From: Octopus bimaculoides
Taxonomy: Eukaryota
Assembly (NCBI RefSeq): GCF_001194135.2
Contig: NC_068985.1
Coordinates: 112,245,663-112,309,662, forward strand
DNA: 64,000 nt
Direction of reading: 5' to 3'
Position 1 is the first letter of the stretch, and the number at the start of each line of letters is the position of its first letter. The notes below the pieces were generated by a model that saw only the letters and a program-made list of their open reading frames with translations, had not been told where the DNA came from and did not search any database. A program made the translations under genes and the position numbers. Below, piece by piece: positions 53,856-64,000 of this stretch.

Positions 53856-53891
53856 CATATTCCTCGTTAATCAGCTCATCGACCTTAATAT
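53856..53891 (-). CDS. CASKIN: Candidate 36-nt symmetric microexon (Y-IKVDELINEEY-G)
   Basis: Acceptor caccaattcAG at 53893-53892 below a T-rich tract, donor G|GTAAAG. Phase 1-1 and open. A competing AAG 13 nt upstream would give a 49-nt phase-0 exon. Confidence 0.45.
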
Positions 53892-55493
53892 CTGAATTGG
53901 TGCACTTGAAAAATTATAAACCAAACACACTAAGTGATCCACGACCACCACCGAGAAAGAAGGAAAGAAACAAACAAAGCAGGTTATAAAAAGGAGGAGG
54001 AAAAGGTAGAGGAGGAGGAGGAGGAGGAGGAAGAAGAAGAGGAAATAGAAGGTGTTGTATGGTATTGTTTGTTTATTTATTCAACCATTTATTGACTTTG
54101 CTCTTAATCAAAGGAACTCCCTGAATGAACAGCACAACACTGGGTAAACATGTTTTAAAGCCGGTCGTTTGTTAAGTTTGTTATGCGGCTCCGAGCTCGA
54201 GTGCTCACCAGAAGAATGGAAAAGAGTTATGTCAGTCTTTCATCCCTATCTATCTATTGATGCTGCTGCTGTTTCTATCACTACCACAACTACTACCATT
54301 ACGACCACAACTGATACTTCTATTACGCGCCACCACCACCACCACCACTACTACTACTACATCTGATATTGCTGCCATCACCACCACTGTTACTACTGCC
54401 ACTGCTACTGCCACCATCACCTCCACCACTGCCAACCACGATTACTACCACCACCACCATTGCTGTCTCGGCCACTACCATCACCACCCCTCTATCTCCA
54501 CTGATCACTACCAATGTGGAAGGATGAGGTGACTGGCATCATTGTAGCAGAAACAACACAATGTTTCTATAACAAAAACCTCACCACCATCATCATCATC
54601 ACTACAGTTGTCTAATGTCTGTACATATCAATACATAGGCACATTCATGGCTGTGTGGTAAGGAGATTGCTTCCCACCCACATGGTTCTGGGTTCAGTCC
54701 CAGTGCATGGCACCTCAGGCAGATGTCTTCTACTATAGCTTCAGGCTCACTAAAGCCTTGTGAGTGGATTTGGTAAACAGAAAAAACAGAAACTGAAAGA
54801 ATCCCGTTATTATGTGTATGTGTGTGTGTGCGGGTGTGTCTTTCTGCTTGTGTTTGTCCACCCATCCACCACTTGACAACTGGTGTTGGTGTGTTTAACT
54901 CCCCATAACTTAGCAGTGTGGCAAAAGAGACCGATAGAATAAGAGCTAGGCTTTAGAAAGAGGTCAATTTGTTTGACTAAAACCCTTCAAGGCGGTACTC
55001 CAGTATGGTCGCAGTCAAATGACTTAAACACATAAAAAAAAAAGAAAATAGAATTAAAGAATGTAAAACACACACAGAGCAACAACATCAACATCAGTTA
55101 CAGACCGAAAGAATGGTTTGAGTGTTGGACAAAATATACTCGTCCTCATCATGTTTTTTCTTTTATATGGCTGGGTGCTCTTCATGTCACCAACCCTTAC
55201 CCGTTTCCAAGTGAGATGCTATTTCCACATGGTCAGGTATGTTTCTATGGCAGAAGGGAAATGAATAGCATTGCTTGTCTGAAGGTGGTAATCATTGACA
55301 ACCATCATGTGATGCCAACACAGGGCTACACACAAATATCAGCATCATCATTTAACATCAATTGTCCATGCTGGCATGGGTTGGACGGTGTGACCAGAGC
55401 TAGCAAGCCAGGTGGCTGCACCACCAGACTCCAACCTGATTTGGCATGGTTTCTACAGCTGGATGCCTTCCCTAATGCCAATGCCCTTCCTAA

Positions 55494-55526
<33 letters not shown>

Positions 55527-56700
55527 TATGCATACAGAATGGCGAAAGAAGATTTGAAGACTATAGATCCAAGCCACCACTGGAACTGTAAAAATCTGTC
55601 AAGCTTTCAAGAAGTTTATCATCTAAGTACATATGCCTGTGTCTAGACATGCGACTATATGCATGAGAATACATACATAAAACAAAATATAACAAATCTG
55701 TACATGCACCGTCTCCAAATACTGCATGTGTACATATATACGAGCAAAAATACTCTGTTGATGTTGTTGAAATGCCAATGAAGGAGCCTTAGATCTAGGT
55801 TAGAAACCGATTCTTTCTCTAGTGGAACGAAAGCTTGAAATAAAACTGAATGATCAAACAAACACACACATGTTTGTGCTTCTTGCAGTTTCCATCCCCC
55901 AAATCCACTCACAGGTGTTCGGCTGACCTGGAGTTTTAGCAGAAGACAGTCGAGGTTGAACCTGAGACCATATGTTTGGAAAGCAGGCTTCTTAACCACA
56001 CAGCCACACCTTGTGATATTTAGTTATGTGTTCAAATCCTGCTGAGGTTGGCTTTACCTTGCACCATTCTGGGAGTTGAGAAGACAAAAGAACTAGTTAA
56101 GTACCGCAGACAATTTAATCAACTTTAATTCTTTCGCATTTATACCGACCATATCTGACCCAAATATCCTACAAGTTTCATGTTCAAGCTGGACAGATCC
56201 TACCTCTCATGCTTACCCTACACTATCATCCTAAAAGTGAATAATCACATCACTGAAATCTGAAAGTTACGAGATAATGCTTGATTAATTCAAGATGATG
56301 TGAATGTGTTTGAGAAGACATGTCAAGCCTAGTGAAATCATAGTCGTGGACGATGTCAGTGTCACGTAAATTGCACCCATGCCGCTGGCACATTAAACCC
56401 ACCTTTCGAGTGTTGGACCTCATGGAGGCAATGACAAGTGACCGAGACCTTTGGCAATATGCTGTGCTTGAGTAGAAGATCCACCATCAAGCCAAGTGAA
56501 ATCATAGTTGTGGCAGATATTGATGTCATACAACTGGCATGCAAAAGCATCCATTACACTCTCGAAGTGGTTGGCACCAGGAAGGGCATCCAGCCGTAGA
56601 AACCATGCCAAATCCGACTGGAGTCTGGTGCGGCCCCTCAATTTACCAGCCCTAGTCAAGCCATCCAAATTATACCAGCATGGACAATGGACATTAAAGA

Positions 56701-56763
<63 letters not shown>

Positions 56764-57384
56764 CATTTGACAGAGTAATCTGAATGCAAAAGGGTTAAGC
56801 TTCCCTAAAACTGTGTCACTTTGATCCAATGTTAGAAATCTATTGATCTATAAAGTATCATAGCTAGCCAAGCTTTCACTTTAAACCTTTTGTTTTCCAT
56901 ATTTCTGTTGAAAATCACTACCTTTATTTCAATTAAGTTTGAAAATAATGAGGCATTTAGGATAATGACTTTGTCATAATTAAGCTGGCGTTTACAACAT
57001 AACATGAAATTTTAATGGAAAGTTCTGGTTTAGATTAATATTAATGCTTGTTACCCTTTTGTCTTACCCATGCTAGCACAGAAAACAGACATCAAATGAT
57101 GTTGATGATTTCTACTTAAATACATTGCCTTTGTTTTGGATTAATTTTGAAAATAATGAAAAATTTAGTAAAACAACTTTGGCATTATTCAGGTGGTGTT
57201 TTGAACATAAATTAACATGAAATTTTAATGAAAGGATTTTAGATCACTTTAAAACAGCAAGTTTGTATCACAGAATAGGGCTGGCCTCTGATAGGTTCAT
57301 ATAAAAATGGTTAAAACCACTAACTGTTTCATCTCTGATTAGCTCCAGACTACACATCCTCTTTTCATCATGAGTAATAATAAT

Positions 57385-57850
57385 AATTGGTACAAAAGAT
57401 GGGCTACAGCACATATTCTGCTCAATACCACAGATTTACTTGACCTTAATCAGTTAAGCATGTCTCTTGGTGGCTGACGATATGTGCATCTCTGATCAGG
57501 AGTAGAAGTAGTGGAGGAGCTTCATAACCATGTGTTGAGAGGAATTCTTTGGGATTTGAATAATTCACTTCTGGAAACATGGGTGTTTCATTCAACATCC
57601 TTAAACAACCCTTATTCAGGGACCTTTTGAGGGGGATGGGTTACTCGACCTGAAGAAAATTTTAACTGGACCCCACCTGCAAGGTCATGTGCTATTTATC
57701 TTGATATGAGATCACCATGTTGTGTACATATGGTTGTGATGCATGTGCCTGGTGTACCCTTATCTGACAGGTAGTAATGATGGGTATATTGGGCTTCGTA
57801 TATTTTACCTAATGCCATTTTGATGGTATGCACTACTCTTTCAATAATAA
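57385..57850 (-). mobile_element. Unclassified interspersed repeat, probably a retroposon 3' region
   Basis: Non-coding, complex sequence ending at an (ATT)n run on the minus strand. It resembles a cephalopod repeat I recall; only one copy is in this window. Confidence 0.4.
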
Positions 57851-58333
57851 AAATAAGTTATCATCATTATTATTATCAACAATCATTTTCCATGTTGACT
57901 TGGGTTGAACATTTTGACAGGAACTAGCAAACTAAAAGACTGCACCAGGCTTCACTGTCTGTTTTGGCATGAATTTTATGGCTGGATGCCCTTCCTAATG
58001 CCTACCACTTTACAGAAAGACCCGGGTACTTTTACGTGGCACCAGCGACAGTGAGGTCTGCTTTGGCATGATTTTTACAGCTGGATGCTCTTCCGAATGC
58101 CAAAACTACCAGATGAAAGGTAAAGTTGACCTTGGTGGAATTTGAACTCAGAATGTAAAGACAGACAAAATGCTGCAAGAGTTACAGAAATATTGATGAC
58201 AATTCAAAACCAACAAGAACTGGGAGATGATGCCTTAAAAGACACCACAAAGTCAAGAATGGTAGAGAAAAGTTGTCCACGGTCTTTGTCCCATAGGGAG
58301 CAAAAAGCTTAAGTAAGTAGAAATAATACTCAC

Positions 58334-58445
58334 ATTGACTGTCCACTAAAACTACATGGTCAGCAGGGAAATAGCCAGGCTTGGACATCCTGTCATTATG
58401 AATTACACATCCTTTCCATATTCCGTCGGCTTTCTGTTCGAGCAC
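58334..58445 (-). CDS. CASKIN: Coding exon, C-terminal half of an SH3 domain of a Caskin-like scaffold protein (VLEQKADGIWKGCVIHNDRMSKPGYFPADHVVLVDSQ)
   Basis: Acceptor (T)10-CCAG at 58447-58446, donor T|GTGAGT at 58333-58328; 112 nt = 37 codons + 1 (phase 0 to 1). The peptide has the SH3 W and GYFP hallmarks and matches the VLEQxxDGxWKGC...GYFP pattern I recall from vertebrate CASKIN1/2. Confidence 0.88.
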
Positions 58446-58524
58446 CTGGAAAAAAAAAAGATACATTTCGACATTAAAATGAGGGTGAGGAGGGCATCCA
58501 GGTATGTCAAAAACATTTCAGTTT

Positions 58525-58614
<90 letters not shown>

Positions 58615-59983
58615 GGTTTCTATACTTTGGAAAGGAATCTAAATGTAAGAAAAGCATCCAAAACACTGTTGGCTTTTTGTTCAAGCACTAAGATAAAAGA
58701 TTAAAATACCAATATGCATATGAAAAGTAACCAGGTAAGAGAACATCACCTTGTAAGAAGAGTAAACAGGTGTAAGAATCACATCTTACTGCAGAGAGAA
58801 TGCCACTGCATTTAGAGGCAAAGAATATATCCAGTCATTGGCAGGGCATCCTGTTATAAAGTCCCAGGGCTTTCACAATCTAGCTCAGGGGTTCTCAGCC
58901 ATTTTTTTATTATCTATGAACCCCTTTGATTTGTATTTTATTCTGGTGGACCCCATAGCAATTTGATGTTTAAAAACTGATTTTATAGAAACTTTATTTT
59001 GTTTTACACACATTAACTTGTGTGGGTTGAACTATGTAAAATGTTAGGGGAAAGAAACCTAGCTGATTCTCCAAATGCATACATCTGTAACAAATGTTTT
59101 TCAGTGGTCCTAGTTCTCAAACCCTTTAGCATTCAGATTTCTTAATCAAATTTATTTATTCATATTGTTTTGAATTAATCATGCATTATCTAGTAGCTTC
59201 GAGATTTCAGTGGTGCGTTTGTATGTTTTTAGAATGACATTGTAGGGTGAGTGCGAAAGGTTGGATCTGGTCAATTTTAACATAAAACAGGTGGAATATC
59301 TGAGCCATATATGGCCAGATTAAATGCTAAAGGGCTAAACACACACACGCACACACACACAAAGACAGGGTGGTTACTGCTGGAATGTGTTTTGATCATA
59401 TGTTTGCTGGATCAGAGTCTGACTCGGGGTTAAACAGCCACAAAGATATCATGAATGAGATCAACAATCACAGCAAGAACCAGAACAATATTTAGGAGTG
59501 ATTCAGCTGTATTCTGAGCCCCTGCACCCCATCCCCCACCCCACCCCACCAGAACCTGACCTCCAAGTATATTTTTGGTCCTGATTCCATCATACACAAA
59601 ATTNNNNNNNNNNNNNNNNNNNNNNNNNNNNNNNNNNNNNNNNNNNNNNNNNNNNNNNNNNNNNNNNNNNNNNNNNNNNNNNNNNNNNNNNNNNNNNNNN
59701 NNNNNNNNNNNNNNNNNNNNNNNNNNNNNNNNNNNNNNNNNNNNNNNNNNNNNNNNNNNNNNNNNNNNNNNNNNNNNNNNNNNNNNNNNNNNNNNNNNNN
59801 NNNNNNNNNNNNNNNNNNNNNNNNNNNNNNNNNNNNNNNNNNNNNNNNNNNNNNNNNNNNNNNNNNNNNNNNNNNNNNNNNNNNNNNNNNNNNNNNNNNN
59901 NNNNNNNNNNNNNNNNNNNNNNNNNNNNNNNNNNNNNNNNNNNNNNNNNNNNNNNNNNNNNNNNNNNNNNNNNNNNNNNNNNN

Positions 59984-60026
<43 letters not shown>

Positions 60027-62553
60027 TAATACACACACCACACACACATGTGCGTACACTTTGCTAGCCGTGTATATTTCTAAAACAGCTGGGTACTAGC
60101 TCATAAACACAATGTGTATATATACATACATACATACAAACAAACAAGAAGGGGGAAGAACTAAAACATCATCAGCACCATCACAATCACCATCGCAACT
60201 GTTCCTCCCCCCTACCCCACTCCCACCATCGAAGAACCACTTCCACCACCCCAATCTGGAGTGTATTATTTTCTGATAAACATCGGGTTAATGAAAATAC
60301 TCTTAAACCAAGGTTTGCCAGAAACGTTATCCAAGAATCTATAGAATAATATTTTTCTTCGACAAATAAAGGAATAAAATAATAAACATAAAATATATAG
60401 AAACAAAAAGTAAAAGGAGAATATACACATCTATCGTCATTATCATCATCATCGTTCAATATCCGTGCTCCATGCTGGGATAAGCTGGATAGTTTGGCAG
60501 GATCTGATGGGTCGAAGGACCACATCATGTTGGGACTTCAGTGTCTGCTTTGGCAGGGTTTCTACAATAAGATGCCCTTCTTAATGTCAACCAATTTACA
60601 ACATGCACTGGGTACCATTTTTTTTTCTTTTATGCTACCACCTCTAGTGAAGTTGTAAAACCCAAGATGGGTTGTAGAGGGGGATCTTTAGGCCAGGAGT
60701 ACTTTTCAACCATTTTCTTTTTTTTTAATTATGGACTCTTTTCATTCTTATTTTACTCAGATGGACCCTCCTAGCCATTCATCATCATCAACATCGTTTA
60801 ACGTCCGCTTTCCGTGCTAGCATGGGTTGGACGATTTGACTGAGAACTGGTGAAACCAGATGGCTACACCAGGCTCCAATCTGATTTGGCAGAGTTTCTA
60901 CAGCTGGATGCCCTTCCTAACGCCAACCACTCCGAGAGTGTAGTGGGTGCTTTTACGTGCCACCGGCACGAAGGCCAGTCAGGTGGTAAAAAATCATATA
61001 TTTTTAGACTCAGACATTAGAAGAAATTGTATTAAAAAATTGTTAAAATATTTTGTTATATTTGTAGAAGAATAACCAATTTATTGCAGGTAAATTTGAA
61101 CAACAAAATTTTAAATGGACCCTCAAAGAGCTATAGGGACCCCAGATGAGAACCACTGGCATAGCACAAAAGAGAAGGTGGTGTGCTGAGCAGATTCTAG
61201 GGGTTGAGGAGTTATATGGCTACTCACAGGCCTGGTTACTGTTTTAATCAACCACAGAAGGAATGACAAAAGGTAAAGTTAATCTTGGTAGGGATCAACT
61301 TATCCTGTCTAATAAAATAAATACCAGTCAAAAACTGGGGTTGATTTAGCTTGTTCTCTCCCCAAGAATGTGTGGCCTTGTGCTTATTGAGGTTGAAAAT
61401 CAAATAATAGGAGCAAGAAGAGTTTCTTACATAGGTACAATGCCATCAATTCCACACCAAAAAGATGAAAGCTAAAGCTGACCTCCGCAAGATTTAAACT
61501 CACAATGCGCTTTAATAATAATGATAACATTAATGGTTTCAAATTTTGCCACAGGGGCAGCAATTTTGGAGTGGGTAGGGGATGAGTCAATTACATTGAC
61601 ACCAGTGTTCAACTGGTACTTATTTTAATGACCCTGAAAGGATGAAGGCAAAGTTGACCTCAGCAGAATGTGAACCCAGAAAGTAGCAATAGGCGAAATA
61701 CTGCTAAGTATTATGTCCAGTGTGATAATGATTTTGCCAGCTGAACCACTAAGTTAAGGGGATGTAAACACACCAACATTGGTTGTCAAGTGGTGATGGG
61801 GGGAAAGGACAAAGAGACACACATAGATATACATATATATATGTAGCATCTAAATACTTTACAGATGCTATGTTCTCACATTTCTTGTCTTTTTCTCTGC
61901 TTTTTGAACTAACTACACACACACACACACATATATATATATACACATACATACATACATACATACATATTGATGGGCTTCTTTCAGTTTCTGTCTACCA
62001 AATCCACTCACAAAGCTTTGGTCGGCCTGAAGCTATAGTAGAAGACACTTGCCAAAGGTATCATGCATTGGGACTAAACCAGGATTTGTAGAAGTATAAG
62101 CAATTTATTGTAGATAAATATTAACAACAAAATCTTATATGGACCCCCCAAGGGCCATACGGATCACAGTTGAGAACCACCATGTTAAATGATGAAGCTG
62201 ATAGGCAAAAGGCTAGAAATTTGGTTGCAGAAAGTTAACCAGTTGCATCAAACTCAACTGGTCCTTTCTCACAATTTCCATCCCTAAAACCCTGAACACA
62301 TAACCTTATTCTTAGGTGCAGAGATGTTGCCATGAACAAGTGGAAGTGAATTGCACTTCAAAGAGCTTGCGTTTGATTAAATTTAATCCAAGTACCACTG
62401 GTATATATAACCATGTCCTAGAAGTGTAAATGGCAAAATTGGCCTTGATGAGATTTGATCTCAGAGCACAAAGTAGAAATGTAGCAAAGCATTTTTTGTC
62501 TGAGGGTCTAGTAATTCAGCCAGTCGTGCCAATCCATGACCACACATACAAAC

Positions 62554-62606
<53 letters not shown>

Positions 62607-63389
62607 TATATATATATATATATTAAAGTTGTATGGAGAATAACCAATGAAAATAGTTGTAGGAGGAGGAGGAAGAAGGAAGGAAGGAAAGCAGGAAAAA
62701 GTAAAGAAAGAAAAAAAAGAAAAGAAAAGAAAGAAAGAAAGAAAGAAAGAAAGAATTGGGAGAAGTGGGGTCTGTAACTAAGGAATGTTCTGGCATCTGT
62801 GAATCTGAAATTCCTCAGATAAGATGCAACTTGATAAAGCAGAATGATGCAGTGGAGAATGGTGGTACCGGTAGAGGTATTGTTAGTGCGAAGGTGCTGG
62901 TGGTAGTACTAGAAGTAGTGGTGATGGTGGTTGTGGTACTCTCAGTGGTCACAATACTGATAGTGACGATGGAGGTTGTAGTGCTGGTGGAGCAAATACT
63001 GGTGAGATGCTAAATGTGGGGGTACTGGGAGGTCGTGCTGGTGACGGTACAGGCAGTTGTGTTAGTGGCCCTGGCAGTAGTGCTGTCAATGGTGCAAGCA
63101 ATAGTGATGCTGATGGTGGTGGAGGTGGTAGTACTGGTAATGGTGATATGGTGGTACCGGCAGTAGTGGTACTATTGATGAAGGTGGCAGTAGTCAAGGT
63201 ACTGGTGACACAGAAGCAAAACTCTGTGTGTGTATAAGAGAGAAAGAGAGGGAGGGAGAGAAAGAGCAATAAAGAGATGGATGGCTGGATATAGATAGGC
63301 AGATAAACAGACAGAAATACACACACACACACTATACATAATATATAGAGAGAGAAAGAGAGAAGTAGATATATAAACTAATACACATG

Positions 63390-63885
63390 CAAAAGGTACA
63401 CTTGTACCTTAACTAATACTCATGCACTAGGTACCCTCATATCTCAATACCGACATTAATATCAACTAATATCACACACACACGTTACCCTTATGTCAAA
63501 TAGTACTCACATACAAAGTATCTCTGTACCTCAACTAATACTCACACACAAGGTACTCACATATCTCAGCTAATACAAACATAAGGTACCACCCTGTGCC
63601 TCAACTAATACTCATGCACAAAGTACTCACCTCAACTAATACACATACAAGGTACCCCTGTACCTCAACTAATACACACAAAAAGTACCCCTGTACCTCA
63701 ATTAGTACTCACATACAAGGTACCTTCATACTTCAACTAATACTCACACAAGGTACCCTCATGTCTCAATAGTACTCACATACAAGGTACTTTCATACCT
63801 CAACTAATACTCACACACAAGGTACCCTCATGTCTCAATAGTACTTACATACAAGGTACCCTCATACCTCAACTAACATACACAC
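63390..63885. repeat. Minisatellite of about 30 bp (CCTCAACTAATACTCACACAAGGTAC...)
   Basis: More than a dozen diverged tandem copies. Confidence 0.85.
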
Positions 63886-64000
63886 AAACATCAGCAATAC
63901 ATAGCACACACACCTACACACTGAATGGAAGATATATATATATATATCATCATCATCATCATCGTTTAACGTCCGCTTTCCATGCTAGCATGGGTTGGAC

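Noticed and set aside
2116-60099. Long ORFs in the track made mostly of X
   Set aside because: They span N gaps, so the absence of stops is an artefact.
500-62091. Recurrent peptides such as DGLLSVSVYQIHSQGFG..., FLQLDALPNANH... and FQSFDCGHAGAPP...
   Set aside because: They are chance reading frames of high-copy SINE families A and B, not genes.
12713-63332. ORFs rich in YI, HT, CV, ER, poly-D, poly-H or poly-V/G
   Set aside because: They are translations of microsatellites or low-complexity tracts, with no splice or homology support.

Overview
AT-rich, microsatellite- and SINE-dense eukaryotic DNA with many N gaps. The repeat landscape looks like a coleoid cephalopod, most likely Octopus (inference from recalled repeat families, not a database hit). 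Nearly the whole window appears to be intronic sequence of one large minus-strand gene, probably the Caskin (ANK-SH3-SAM scaffold) orthologue. Three phase-compatible coding exons are supported: 58334-58445 (C-terminal half of a Caskin-type SH3 domain), 28941-29150 (Ser/Pro-rich, contains FPPPPP) and 21505-21572. Between them I found two frame-preserving candidate microexons (36 nt and 21 nt) and a candidate alternative terminal exon with its own AATAAA, which would give a SAM-less isoform. The rest is tRNA-derived SINEs, hAT/piggyBac/Tc1-type MITEs, decayed LINE fragments (CR1, RTE, HERO-like RLE), a probable solo LTR, and mini/microsatellites. The most unusual signal is in the 3' UTR of the HERO-like fragment: all three hammerhead ribozyme core segments in a non-circularly permuted order (GUC, then GAAAC, then CUGAUGA), with stems I and III intact. 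Almost all ORFs in the supplied track are gap or microsatellite artefacts.
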